From Acidimicrobiales bacterium (GTDB lineage Bacteria; Actinomycetota; Acidimicrobiia; Acidimicrobiales; CAIXPF01), in the NCBI GenBank assembly GCA_046153015.1, contig JBJXGF010000326.1:1-48594 (forward strand): a DNA stretch of 48,594 nt. The letters are read 5' to 3'. This document shows positions 20,455-29,566 of the stretch, piece by piece. The notes beneath the pieces are model-generated. The model was not told the origin of the DNA, ran no database searches, and worked only from the letters and a program-made list of their open reading frames with translations. Position numbers and translations under genes: made by a program. Positions within the stretch are counted from its first letter, which is position 1. Every line of letters begins with the position of its first letter.

Positions 20455-20490
20455 GGCGGTGTCACTTCGATGACACAAGTGACAGCCGCC
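20455..20490. promoter_or_regulatory. 13-14-bp inverted repeat immediately upstream of the HxlR gene (candidate operator)
   Basis: GGCGGTGTCACTT cgatgacac AAGTGACAGCCGCC. It ends 14 nt before ATG 20504. Confidence 0.35.
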
Positions 20491-20503
20491 GTACACTGTG
20501 GGC

Positions 20504-20902
20504 ATGAAACGCAAGAGCTTCGAGAACATGGACTGCCCGATCGCGCAGTCCCTCGAACTGGTGGGCGAGTGGTGGACGCCACTGATCCTGCGCGACATCG
20601 TGATGCTCGGGTTGACGCGGTTCGATGACATCCAGGAGAACCTCGGGATCGCGCCTACCGTCCTCACGAGCCGCCTCAAGCATCTTGTCGATGCCGGCCT
20701 GCTGGAACGGCGCCTGTACAGCGAACGCCCCGCGCGCTACGAGTACCTGCCGACCCAGGCCGCTCGAGAGTTCCAACCCGTGCTCAAGGCACTCTTCAAA
20801 TGGGGTCTGAAGTGGGCTGGAACGTCGGTCGACCCCGGCCGTTCCCCTCGTGCATGTGATCGAGCGTACGCGCACGATCCGCCGCTTCGTCGTGGCGGGT
20901 GA
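20504..20902 (+). CDS. HxlR-family winged-helix transcriptional regulator
   Basis: MKRKSFENMDCPIAQSLELVGEWWTPLILRDI..RFDDIQENLGIAPTVLTSRLKHLVDAGLLERR is the HxlR signature. Confidence 0.85.
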   Translation: MKRKSFENMDCPIAQSLELVGEWWTPLILRDIVMLGLTRFDDIQENLGIAPTVLTSRLKHLVDAGLLERRLYSERPARYEYLPTQAAREFQPVLKALFKWGLKWAGTSVDPGRSPRACDRAYAHDPPLRRGG

Positions 20903-21244
20903 TCAAGTCGTGCTAGGGGCGGGGCTCGGTGTCTTCGTCCCGCCCACCCCGCTGACCTGGTTACCGACGAATGGCCAAGTGCCCCCACGGGCAAAGCGCT
21001 GCAGTAGGCGAAAGTGGAACAATGCCAGTTCGCCGATGAACTGCCCCCTGGGTCATGGAGCCAGCCGTTTCTGGCACTCACCCGGTATCGGGGGCGTCGC
21101 GCCGCAGCGAGGCTCCGGGCGGGCGCTCGTGTCAAGTTCCGGCCGGTCTTTCCGAGCGGCTGGAGCGGCTCGCGTGCGATGGCACTGCGATGGCAAGCGA
21201 CACACAAGTCTCGCCCGTCCATATCCCCTGACCTGGGCTTTTAG

Positions 21245-21414
21245 TGTGTCGGAGGGGGGACTTGAACTCGCCACAGGCCAGTAGCGTCGAGCGACGGGGA
21301 GCGGCAGCTACCGGCGTTGAGCTGCGGGTTCGCGAGCTTGGCGGTCGCTAGTTGCCGCTGCCCGCCGCTTGATTCCGCTCGCTGCCATTAGCAAATCTAT
21401 TAGCAACCGACACG
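21245..21414. repeat. full-length copy 1 of the ~170-nt repeat family (tRNA-3'-end-like terminus)
   Basis: Starts TGTGTCGGAGGGGGGACTTGAAC and ends ATTAGCAAATCTATTAGCAACCGACAC. Contains GGCAGCTACCGGCGTTGA. It ends 7 nt from the stop codon of the antitoxin gene. Confidence 0.8.
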
Positions 21415-21420
21415 CCGTCG

Positions 21421-21699
21421 TCAGGCGACGTCGAGATAGCGGCGCAGTGCCTCGCGGATGATCTCGCTGGTGGTGGTGTGGTCCTGAACGGCCCGCGCCT
21501 CCACCGCAGCACGTAGTTCGGGGTCAATGCGTACGGGCACCACTTCAGCGGGTCCCGAACCAATCGCCGGTCGCCCGCGGCGGCGTCCCTTCAGTGCCTC
21601 AACGTCGTAGGCGGCGGTCTCCACCTCGGCCGCGAGCTGGCCGAGGTCAGTCTCATTAAGCGTCCGCCCGGTTCGAGTCCGGTAGGTCTTTTCAGCCAT
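21421..21699 (-). CDS. ribbon-helix-helix (CopG/BrnA-like) antitoxin
   Basis: 92 aa. The C-terminus VRIDPELRAAVEARAVQDHTTTSEIIREALRRYL is an RHH domain. It lies downstream of a small toxin-like gene. Confidence 0.8.
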   Translation of the reverse strand: MAEKTYRTRTGRTLNETDLGQLAAEVETAAYDVEALKGRRRGRPAIGSGPAEVVPVRIDPELRAAVEARAVQDHTTTSEIIREALRRYLDVA

Positions 21700-21714
21700 C
21701 AGTTCGATCTCCTC

Positions 21715-21954
21715 TCAGGGGAGCAAGTCGTAGAACACCGGACGCAGCGCCATGGCGTGGATGACCACCTCGACCTCATCGAACTCGAGCCAGATGACCT
21801 CCAGCAGATTCCCCGCCGGGTCCGGCCCGATAGCGAGCACCTTCGGCGGGTCAGCGTCCGGTTCGAGATCGATCGTGGTGAGCGCGTACACGACGGCGTG
21901 CTCGATCGCCTCGCGGCCGACACCGTGCTTAAACGCCGACTGGGCGAACTCCAC
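21715..21954 (-). CDS. small toxin-like protein (BrnT-like arrangement, toxin first)
   Basis: 79 aa. SAFKHGV..AIEHA..LAIGPDPAGNLLEVIWLEFDEVEVVIHAMALR resembles small actinobacterial toxins paired with RHH antitoxins. Confidence 0.6.
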   Translation of the reverse strand: MEFAQSAFKHGVGREAIEHAVVYALTTIDLEPDADPPKVLAIGPDPAGNLLEVIWLEFDEVEVVIHAMALRPVFYDLLP

Positions 21955-22039
21955 ACCCGATTAGTGTAATACGGAACACCCGGCGATGGGAACCAGGGCC
22001 ACGAACCCCAGAATCTCGCGCTGCACCGAGGTCGACTGA

Positions 22040-22372
22040 TCAACAACTCGGTCCGTCCTGATCGGCGTCGCTCTCGTCCTCGCTGAGCGACTCGATACCG
22101 ATCTCGCCGAGAGCACGGACCGACGGCAAGACATGCTCCTCGACCAGCGCGGCAAGCTCCTCGTTGGAGATCCTGCCGTCAGGCATCGCGTCGCGCAATC
22201 GCCTGATCAGCTCCGATCGAAGCTCTGCCTCATCACGAGCGGCGTCGAACTCCAACTGCTTCAGCCCGACTTCAAGCTCTCGCTTCCGCTTCTCGAGTTC
22301 CTTCGACGTGTTGTCGAGCCGCTGACCCGATCCCTCGTACCACTCCTTTCGTTTTGCCGGGACCGCTCCCAC
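22040..22372 (-). CDS. hypothetical coiled-coil protein with an acidic tail; start uncertain
   Basis: KELEKRKRELEVGLKQLEFDAARDEAELRSELIRRL..SLSEDESDADQD. The upstream part of ORF 22040..22693 overlaps a repeat stub (22461-22500), so I prefer the GTG at 22372. Confidence 0.45.
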   Translation of the reverse strand: MGAVPAKRKEWYEGSGQRLDNTSKELEKRKRELEVGLKQLEFDAARDEAELRSELIRRLRDAMPDGRISNEELAALVEEHVLPSVRALGEIGIESLSEDESDADQDGPSC

Positions 22373-22460
22373 CGCCTTGAGAGCGACGCCGAAGACGACA
22401 CCTCGACCCTCGGGGCAACTATCACCACACCGTGGGATTCTGGACCGTCTGCCGGCATCG

Positions 22461-22500
22461 AGCGGCAACCACCGGAAGCACAGGTACGGTGTCGGAGGGG
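22461..22500. repeat. stub of the repeat family: flank-module tail plus the first 13 nt of the left end
   Basis: AGCGGCAAC....TACGGTGTCGGAGGGG. It shares AGCGGCAAC and the 17-mer TACGGTGTCGGAGGG with 48053-48090, and then diverges. Confidence 0.6.
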
Positions 22501-22737
22501 CGAGTTGCACCATAATAAAACCACGAGGCGGGGCTGGCGGCGAGTTCAGGATCGCAGCGTGAGCCAACCCTGCTCGGACGGAGTGCTCGAGACGGTACTG
22601 GCGGACGAGCACGGGCCGCTGAGCCGTCGTAGCGGTCGCGTCTCCATGAAGGACGTCACCTCGCATCGGGAGGGCGCGTGGAAATGCGCTCATCGGACGC
22701 GTACAATGCGGGCTATCGATCGCGTGGAATGGGGAGC

Positions 22738-23997
22738 ATGACTGGCCGCAGCTACATCGAGCGACTCGTCGACCCGTGGCTCGCCGAACTTGTTGCCGAC
22801 GTTCCAGCCATCATGCTCGTTGGGCCTCGCGCCACCGGTAAGACGACGACCGCCGCCAGACTCGCCCGGACCGTCCTCCGCCTCGACGACCGCAACGTCC
22901 GTGCCGCGATCACCGCAGATCCTGACAGCGTTCTACGCGACGCCGATCCGCCCGTCCTCGTCGACGAGTGGCAACTCGCACCCGACGTCCTCGCCGCTAC
23001 GAAACGACTCGTCGACGCCGACCCCTCGCCAGGACGATTCCTCCTCGCGGGGTCCGCCGCCGATGACGCCGGCGCCCAGCAATGGCCCGGTACCGGACGA
23101 GTGATCCGGGTCCCACTCTGGAGTCTCACCCAGCGCGAACTCCACACGAAAGTCGCAGGACCGACGTTCCTCGACCGGATCATCGAGGAGATCGACACCA
23201 CCGGCGAGGCGACGTTCCCGCTGCCCGCCGAACACCCCGACACCGCGGGGTACGTGGACCTCGCGTTGGCATCAGGCTTTCCCGAAGCCCTGGCCCGGAA
23301 CTCGGTCAGAACCAGGTCAGCGTGGCTTGACTCCTACCTCGACCACCTGATCGGCCGCGACGTCGCTCTCCTCACAGACGTGCGAAACCCAGGCAAACTG
23401 CGACGTCACCTTCGAGCGATCGCCGCATCGACGGCCGCGTCACCCACCTTGGCGACACTCGCCGAGGCCTCCGAACTCGACCGGTCCACGATCGAACGGT
23501 ATGACCTCCTCCTCGAACGACTATTCGTCACCGAGCAAGTACCGGCATGGTCCTCGAACCGGCTCACCCGCATCACCCGACGCCCGAAACGCTACATATG
23601 CGACCCCGCGCTCGCAGCCACAGCCCTCGGCGTCGACCGGCGAGCCGTGCTTCGCAACGCCGACCTACTCGGACGGATCATCGACACCTTCGTCGCCGCC
23701 CAACTTCGACCCGAACTCAGCCTCGGCACCCGACCAGCAGCCATGTACCACCTCCGAGAACAGTCCGGCCGGCGCGAAATCGACGTCATCCTCGAACGCC
23801 GCGACGGCGCCATCGTCGCCATCGAAGTAAAGGCCGCGACCGCCGTCGACGAACACGACGCCCGCCACCTCGCCTGGCTCCGCGACCAACTACCCACCGG
23901 CAACGTCCGAGCCGGCCTGGTCCTCTACACCGGAACCCTCGTCCGCCCACTCGGCCGAAACCTCTGGGCAGTCCCGATCTGCACGCTCTGGGCATGA
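22738..23997 (+). CDS. AAA-type ATPase of the AAA_14 + DUF4143 kind
   Basis: Walker A LVGPRATGKTT. VLVDEWQLAPDV (Walker B region). The C-terminal EIDVILERRDGAIVAIEVKA is nuclease-fold-like. I set the start at ATG 22738. Confidence 0.8.
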   Translation: MTGRSYIERLVDPWLAELVADVPAIMLVGPRATGKTTTAARLARTVLRLDDRNVRAAITADPDSVLRDADPPVLVDEWQLAPDVLAATKRLVDADPSPGRFLLAGSAADDAGAQQWPGTGRVIRVPLWSLTQRELHTKVAGPTFLDRIIEEIDTTGEATFPLPAEHPDTAGYVDLALASGFPEALARNSVRTRSAWLDSYLDHLIGRDVALLTDVRNPGKLRRHLRAIAASTAASPTLATLAEASELDRSTIERYDLLLERLFVTEQVPAWSSNRLTRITRRPKRYICDPALAATALGVDRRAVLRNADLLGRIIDTFVAAQLRPELSLGTRPAAMYHLREQSGRREIDVILERRDGAIVAIEVKAATAVDEHDARHLAWLRDQLPTGNVRAGLVLYTGTLVRPLGRNLWAVPICTLWA

Positions 23998-24263
23998 CAG
24001 CTGACCCTTCGTGAGCCACAGCCGAGATCTGTCCCCGACCGTTCGACACGCCTCGTGAACCTGGACGGGAGCGGGGGTAGGACGAAAGTGCCCAACGAAC
24101 CAGTCAAGCGGGGTGACCGAGGTCTCGAATCGGGCGACCTCAACGCGCCCTTCGCCGAGCCGCCGCTCTGGCCGCGCACCGACTTGAACCTCCACCGGTG
24201 ACAGCAACGACCTGACCAGCCATGCTGAGGATCCCGTTGACCTCAACCGTGGGGGGTCAATTC

Positions 24264-24378
24264 GGTGTCGGAGGGGGGACTTGAACTCGCCGCACGCCAC
24301 CGGCGGTAAGCGGCAGGGAGCGGCAGCTACCGGCGTTGAGCTGCACGTTTCTGGTGGTCGTGGTCGCTGGATGCCGCT
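24264..24378. repeat. copy 2 of the repeat family (left two-thirds only)
   Basis: GGTGTCGGAGGGGGGACTTGAACTCGCC...GGCAGCTACCGGCGTTGAGCTGCAC...GGTCGCTGGATGCCGCT. Similarity stops abruptly at 24378. Confidence 0.8.
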
Positions 24379-24384
24379 CCCTCA

Positions 24385-24702
24385 TCGGCCCAGCTGATCT
24401 CGTATTCGTCTTGGGGGCGCTCGACGTAGCTGGAGACAATCTGAGCGCCGACCTGGTCGCGCCGGTGCCGGTCTATGAGCCGTAGCAGTCCGAGCCGTAC
24501 CGCTTCGGAGCGGCTGGCGCAACGCCGGCGGCGACGAGTTGGTCGACCTCTCGAACACCTGGACGTCCAACCCGAGGGTGTCGCGCAGCCGGTGGTTCAT
24601 GAACAGCAGACTCCCCCGTGCCGCTCGCGCTCCGACGGGTCTCCGACGCGCCAGCCACCCTGCTCTTTGCGTCAGGAAACGGTAAACCCCCGCCACACCC
24701 AC
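24385..24702 (-). pseudogene. LysR-type regulator, N-terminal HTH remnant with frameshifts, divergent from the TauD gene
   Basis: YRFLTQRAGWLARR....LRDTLGLDVQVFERSTN, followed in another frame by QLVAAGVAP, follows the LysR pattern (..F..v.e.gs..AA..L..LE..LGv.LFeRs.r...LT.AG). No effector domain is present. Confidence 0.4.
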
Positions 24703-24740
24703 ATGCGGCGCGAGACTGGTGCGGACATGGAGGTGCAGCG

Positions 24741-25649
24741 ATGGAACGTCCGATGATCGAGACGACGGGCGCGACCTTGGGAGCGGTGGTGAGCGGCGTT
24801 CGGCTCGCCGCGCTCGAGGGAGAGGAGTGGGACGCGATCCACGAAGCGTTCCATCGCCACGGTGTACTGGTGTTCCCCCGCCAGCACCTGAGCGAAGTCG
24901 AACAAATGGCGTTCGGGCAGCGCTTCGGAGCGCTCTCCATCGAGATCCTGCTCCTGTCGAACCGCCGTGAGGACGGCAACCTTCTCCCAGCCGACGACCC
25001 GCTCATCACCTTGCTCCAAGGCAACGAGGGCTGGCACACCGACAGCTCGTTCAAGCGCCTGGCCGCCAAGGCGTCGATCCTGTCTGCTCGCGAAGTGCCG
25101 AGCGATGGGGGTGAGACCGAGTGGGCCGATATGCGCGCCGCCTACGACGCCCTCGAGCCCGACCTACGGGCGCGTGTCGAGGGCCTGCAGGCACACCATT
25201 CGCTGGACCACTCCCAAGCCAAGGTTGGCGCGACGTCGGCGTCGACCGCCGCCGCCCTTCAGGCCCTGGCCTACCGCGGGGCACGGACGGCCGATCCGGG
25301 CGCCACAGTGACGCCGAGCAACGGGGCCGACGCGGGCCGGACGGACCCGCTGCGCCCGCTGGTGAAGTTCCATCCGGTGACCGGGCGGCCCGCGCTGTTC
25401 ATCGGTCGCCACGCCTACGGCATACCCGGGCTCGAAGCTTCGGAGTCGGAACGGCTGCTCGAGGAGTTGCTGGCTTTGGCGTGCCAGCCGCCCCGGACGT
25501 ACCGGCATCGTTGGGCCCCGGGAGACGTCGCTATCTGGGACAACCGGTGTGTGCTGCACCGGGCTCGCCCTTACGACACCAACCAAGGTCGGGTCATGGT
25601 CCACACGCGGGTCGCCGGGGACCCTGCTACAGAGCTCGCTACGGCCTGA
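24741..25649 (+). CDS. TauD/TfdA-family Fe(II)/2-oxoglutarate dioxygenase
   Basis: MERPMIETTGATLGAVVSGVRL.., EGWHTDSSF (HxD), RVMVHTRVAG. GGAGG lies 7 nt upstream of ATG 24741. Confidence 0.9.
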   Translation: MERPMIETTGATLGAVVSGVRLAALEGEEWDAIHEAFHRHGVLVFPRQHLSEVEQMAFGQRFGALSIEILLLSNRREDGNLLPADDPLITLLQGNEGWHTDSSFKRLAAKASILSAREVPSDGGETEWADMRAAYDALEPDLRARVEGLQAHHSLDHSQAKVGATSASTAAALQALAYRGARTADPGATVTPSNGADAGRTDPLRPLVKFHPVTGRPALFIGRHAYGIPGLEASESERLLEELLALACQPPRTYRHRWAPGDVAIWDNRCVLHRARPYDTNQGRVMVHTRVAGDPATELATA

Positions 25650-25789
25650 AGGTCACCCCGAACCGAACACCGCCCCGCTGGTGTCCTGTCAGGCAGAGCA
25701 GCGTCTTGTGTGCCCGTCCCGAGAGTTTCGGCGAGGGGCAATGCCACAACCCGTGCGAGAAAGGTAGCAGTTGCCGGCTTTGCTCCTCT

Positions 25790-25909
25790 GCTCGCGCCCA
25801 GCGCCTTCGCCGCTTCGAACACGAGGGTAATCCCACTCGTCAACATGACCATTGAAGCGATGAAACCCGCCGCGACGGTCGAGACGGAGAATTCCTTGAA
25901 CAGTGACAC
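25790..25909 (-). pseudogene. BenE-family N-terminal fragment (~40 codons)
   Basis: MSLFKEFSVSTVAAGFIASMVMLTSGITLVFEAAKALGAS parallels MSILKDFSLSTVTAGFVSALVGLATGVTLIFEAANRLGAT of the intact BenE. The remainder of ORF 25571..25909 is unrelated. Confidence 0.5.
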
Positions 25910-25968
25910 TCGGGCAAGCTACGGCGCGGTGCGCCGAAACGTCAGCGAGGCCCGGCGGCCCGGGGCGC

Positions 25969-26619
25969 TCACCAGTGGTCCCAGTGGAGGATCTCCTGCA
26001 ACGGTCGCCGCGCCGCTGGCCGGAAGTCGGTGCCGATGGTGTACGCGGTCAAGATGTTGGCGATCTGGGTGACGCCGGCGGGGAGCTCGATGATGGCGTT
26101 CGCTTCGTCGTTGAAGAACGTGTGCATGTTGGTCCAGCACGTGCCCAACGCACGGGACCGTGCCGCGAGCATGAAGCTCCACGCCGCCGGGATGACCGAG
26201 CCCATCAGCCCGCCCATGAACTCGGGACGGACCCGCTCAAGCGTGCCCTCGAAACAGGGGAACACGTGCAACGGCACCTCTTGGACGTGCGCTGCCAGGT
26301 ACTCGAGCGACGCGATGATCGGCGCTGCGGCGCGCTGCTGGCCGGCGTCGTGATAGCTCAGGTTGTGCACGGCGATGGGCAACGTGCGATAGATCTCCAG
26401 CCCACGACGAAACAGCTCCCCCAATGCGCGACGGCGCTCGGGGTCCGACACCACCACGAAGTGGAACTGCTGTTGGTTCGAACCGGACGGGGCTTGCTGG
26501 GCGAGCGCTATGCAGCGCTCGATGACCTCTCGCTCCACTGGTCGACGCAGATCGAGGCGCTTGCGCACGGTACGAGTCGTTGAGAGCAGATCGTCGGGCG
26601 TGAGGTCGAGTATCTCCAT
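25969..26619 (-). CDS. nitroreductase family protein
   Basis: 216 aa. TTRTVRKRLDLRRPVEREVIERCIALAQQAPSGSNQQQFHFVVV is a typical nitroreductase N-terminus. Confidence 0.85.
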   Translation of the reverse strand: MEILDLTPDDLLSTTRTVRKRLDLRRPVEREVIERCIALAQQAPSGSNQQQFHFVVVSDPERRRALGELFRRGLEIYRTLPIAVHNLSYHDAGQQRAAAPIIASLEYLAAHVQEVPLHVFPCFEGTLERVRPEFMGGLMGSVIPAAWSFMLAARSRALGTCWTNMHTFFNDEANAIIELPAGVTQIANILTAYTIGTDFRPAARRPLQEILHWDHW

Positions 26620-26759
26620 GCTGAAATCATGCTCGCCGCTTGAGGAGCAGCGGAGCTCGGACCAGCCATGACTTGGGATCGCCAGCCTTCACCGGTGACG
26701 TCCTGCTCGGTACGCAGCAGTGCCGTAACCGCCGCCGTGATGGTCTCGGACCGGTCGCT

Positions 26760-26951
26760 CGGCTGGTTGCGCTACCTCGACCGCAAGGCGCACGTTGCAG
26801 TCGTAGGCGACGCGGGGCGATCGAATCGGGTCTGGCTGCGTTCGCACACATCGGGGTCACCGACTTCGTGGCCGCCGGGCCCCCGCGGGAAGCATCGGCC
26901 ACGGCCACCGTCGAGCTGTGGGCGTCCCTCGCAGCCGCCGGCCCGCGCTGA
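26760..26951 (+). pseudogene. possible LLM-family C-terminal remnant (frameshifted)
   Basis: ..KAHVAVVGDAG in one frame and IESGLAAFAHIGVTDFVAAGPPREASATATVELWASLAAAG in another resemble the C-terminal ..vvGdp..v...l.af..aGvtdfv.. end of LLM oxidoreductases. Confidence 0.3.
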
Positions 26952-26991
26952 CGCGCACCGGCGCAGTAATCGAGGCAGGCGCCGTGGGCGG

Positions 26992-27462
26992 TCAGTCGGT
27001 GAGCACGGGCGGGTCGAGGACGCCGACCTTGGCGCACTGGTGGCGGTAGCGCGACAGCACGCTGGCCGCGTCGGTCACCGACGCGACCGAACCATCGGGT
27101 GCCAGGTTGAGGTTCGACCCGTAGATCTGGAACCACACATCGGTGATCTCGGTGTTGTCAGCGGGCACGTTGAGTGTGTGGATCGACCCGGCGGGCTCGA
27201 AGAGGAACGAGCCAGCGCGGTTCACGTACTCGCTCTCCAGGTAGTGCCACGCACCGGCCAGCGTGTAACCGAAGACCTGGCCGGTGTGCTTGTGGGTCTG
27301 CACGAGCGTCCCCGGGGCGAACCGGTTCCGCACGATCCACAACCCCTCTCGCTCCTTGGCCACGAGCAGCTTCATCTCGCCGCCGAAGCCGTCCGGCACC
27401 CAAGGAAGGTCGGCCTCGCCGCGATGGATGGCCGACGGTGCAGTCTCGAATGCGATCGCCAT
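26992..27462 (-). CDS. cupin-domain dioxygenase (2,4'-dihydroxyacetophenone dioxygenase-like)
   Basis: LPWVPDGFGGEMKLLVAKEREGLWIVRNRFAPGTLVQTHKHTGQVFGYTLAGAWHY..FLFEPAGSIHTL. The start is ATG 27462, or upstream at 27501. Confidence 0.75.
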   Translation of the reverse strand: MAIAFETAPSAIHRGEADLPWVPDGFGGEMKLLVAKEREGLWIVRNRFAPGTLVQTHKHTGQVFGYTLAGAWHYLESEYVNRAGSFLFEPAGSIHTLNVPADNTEITDVWFQIYGSNLNLAPDGSVASVTDAASVLSRYRHQCAKVGVLDPPVLTD

Positions 27463-28037
27463 GCTCAGGACGGTAGCCCGCGATCCGCGGTCCACCGGCA
27501 ATGGCAGCGACGAACGCTACAGGCCGCAGCCGCGGGGTTCAGGACAGCGGCGGGCGAGGATGCGGGGCTCCTTGTTTGGCATCTGCGAGGGGCCGGGCCG
27601 AAGCCCGACCCTGTACCCCAGGCGCGTCGCGCCGGCAATGGCGGCGAGATCGAAGCGCCATTGGGCGGCCGGGTTGGCGATATCGGACGTCACCCAGCCG
27701 AACGAACGCCGCTCCCCGTAGCGGTCGACGAAACAGGGAACATCCCACTGGCCGATCGCCTCGTGGGTGTTGGAGCCAGCCGCGTGCACGACCGGTGGCG
27801 CGGCGGACAAAGGGTGATTGCCCGGTCGACAACGTGGCGGGCGCGGCGTTCCTTTGCGAGTCGCCCATCCCGATCGGGTCCGGTGCGATACGGACAAGCT
27901 GGCCAACCCGGCAGTATCGAAGGGCGCGGTGCCGTCGCTGGGGATGGGCAGCAAACTCGTCAAAGGCCCCCTGCCCGCTCGTAGGGCCTGGCCCCACCTC
28001 GGCCTCCTCGATCGGTGACGTCCACTACTGTCCAGCC

Positions 28038-29468
28038 ATGAGTGACGACGTGGCATTTTGGCCCGCCCATCGCCAAGCAGCGGCCATCCGTAGCCGAGAG
28101 CTGTCCAGCGTGGAGCTGCTCGAGCACTATCTCGGTCGCATTGAACGCCACAATCCCGCCATCAACGCGGTGGTCACCCTGGCGGAGGAACCGGCGCGGC
28201 TAGCGGCACGCGCCGCCGACGCAGCCACCGTGGCCGGCGGGGACCTCGGCCCGTTACACGGCGTGCCCCACACGATCAAAGACGCCATCGAAACGGCCGG
28301 AATCCGTTCAACGGGCGGGGCGGTGGAGCTGACCGACCACGTGCCCACCCACGATGCGCCCGCAGTGGCCTCGTTGAAGCGGGCCGGCAGCATCGTGTTC
28401 GGCAAGACCAACCTGCCGCGCTGGTCCGGAGACGGGCAGAGCTACAACGAACTGTTCGGCGTCACCAACAACCCCTGGGATCTCGGCCGCACCCCGGGAG
28501 GGTCCTCCGGCGGCGCGGCAGCGGCAGTCGCCGCCGGGCTCACCAGCTTCGAGGTCGGCACCGACATCGGCGGCTCGGTGCGCATGCCATCCACGTTCAG
28601 CGGCATCTGGGGGCACAAACCGAGCTTCGGTCTCATCCCCACCCTCGGTTATCTCGACAGCGTCGGCGGCGGACACATCGAAGCGGATGTCAACGTGTTC
28701 GGGCCAATGACCCGTTCGGTGGACGACCTGGAACTCCTGCTCGACATCATGGCCGGACCGAGGCCCGACCGCGCACCCGCATGGCGGCTGGAACTGCCTG
28801 CCCCTCGCCACACCCGGCTGGGCGATTTCCGGGTCGGGGCCTGGCTTGATGACCCAGCTTGCCCGATCGACCACGAAGTACGCGCCGTGCTGGAGCGGGT
28901 CGTGGACGAACTGGAGGGGGCCGGTGTGGCGGTGGATCGTACCGCCCGCCCATCGATCGACTTCGCCGCGGCAGCGAAGTTGGGTATCCAACTGATCAGC
29001 GTTGCCGGCAGCGTCAGCATGAGCGACGACGAGATGGCCGACCTGGCGGAGAAGTCACGCGGCGCCGCCAACCTCGCCCAACGCCACCACACCTGGCTGG
29101 CACGCGACCTGCGCCGAACGGAGCTGCGCGCCGCGTGGGCGGAGTACTTCCGTTCCTACGACATCCTGCTGTGCCCGGTGAGCGTGACCTCGGCGTTCCC
29201 GCATCAGACGAGTGGCAGCTGGCGCGACCGCACACTGATGGTGAGCGGCGTGGAGCGGCCCTACACCGACCTCGTCGACTGGACCGCGATGGTGGGCATG
29301 GCCTACCTGCCGGTGACGACACCGCCGTTGGGTCAAACCGCCAGCAGTCTGCCGGTCAGCGTGCAGGTCGTGGGGCCTTACTGCGAAGACCGCACCGCCC
29401 TACACTTCGCACGCCTCCTGGCCGAGGTCACCGGGGGTGGCTACAGCCAGCCTCCTGGCTGGGTCTGA
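28038..29468 (+). CDS. amidase (amidase-signature family)
   Basis: LHGVPHTIKDAIETAG, GGSSGGAAAAVAAG and GTDIGGSVRMPS are AS-family motifs. I set the start at ATG 28038, inside the long ORF 27501..29468. Confidence 0.9.
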   Translation: MSDDVAFWPAHRQAAAIRSRELSSVELLEHYLGRIERHNPAINAVVTLAEEPARLAARAADAATVAGGDLGPLHGVPHTIKDAIETAGIRSTGGAVELTDHVPTHDAPAVASLKRAGSIVFGKTNLPRWSGDGQSYNELFGVTNNPWDLGRTPGGSSGGAAAAVAAGLTSFEVGTDIGGSVRMPSTFSGIWGHKPSFGLIPTLGYLDSVGGGHIEADVNVFGPMTRSVDDLELLLDIMAGPRPDRAPAWRLELPAPRHTRLGDFRVGAWLDDPACPIDHEVRAVLERVVDELEGAGVAVDRTARPSIDFAAAAKLGIQLISVAGSVSMSDDEMADLAEKSRGAANLAQRHHTWLARDLRRTELRAAWAEYFRSYDILLCPVSVTSAFPHQTSGSWRDRTLMVSGVERPYTDLVDWTAMVGMAYLPVTTPPLGQTASSLPVSVQVVGPYCEDRTALHFARLLAEVTGGGYSQPPGWV

Positions 29469-29566
29469 GCATCAGGCGGACTCCCCTGCCGGGTCATCGC
29501 CTGTGGCCGACGGTGACCTAGGCTGGCGGCGGACCCGGGTTCCGTGAGCGGGGCTGATCCGCCCCG

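Noticed and set aside
21668-21682. T-arm-like CCGGTTCGAGTCCGG on the + strand
   Set aside because: It lies inside the RHH antitoxin CDS, where it encodes ..RTRTGRT... No matching acceptor stem or other tRNA arms occur in the flanks.
24044-24056. CGACACGCC-TCGT after the DUF4143 gene, resembling the right end of repeat copy 1
   Set aside because: Only a 9-mer is exact and the upstream ATTAGCAA repeats are absent. A match of this size is expected by chance in 48 kb.
24385-24702. Tyrosine-integrase remnant next to repeat copy 2 (HRLRDT resembles the HxLRHT box)
   Set aside because: The surrounding residues fit a LysR-type HTH (..LRDTLG..VFERS..) better. The position, divergent from a TauD gene, is typical for LysR regulators. 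No other integrase boxes were found.
26668-27984. 438-aa + strand ORF (and the 655-aa ORF 27501..29468 upstream of Met-180)
   Set aside because: It overlaps the cupin gene in antisense and is low-complexity. The amidase homology only begins at ATG 28038.
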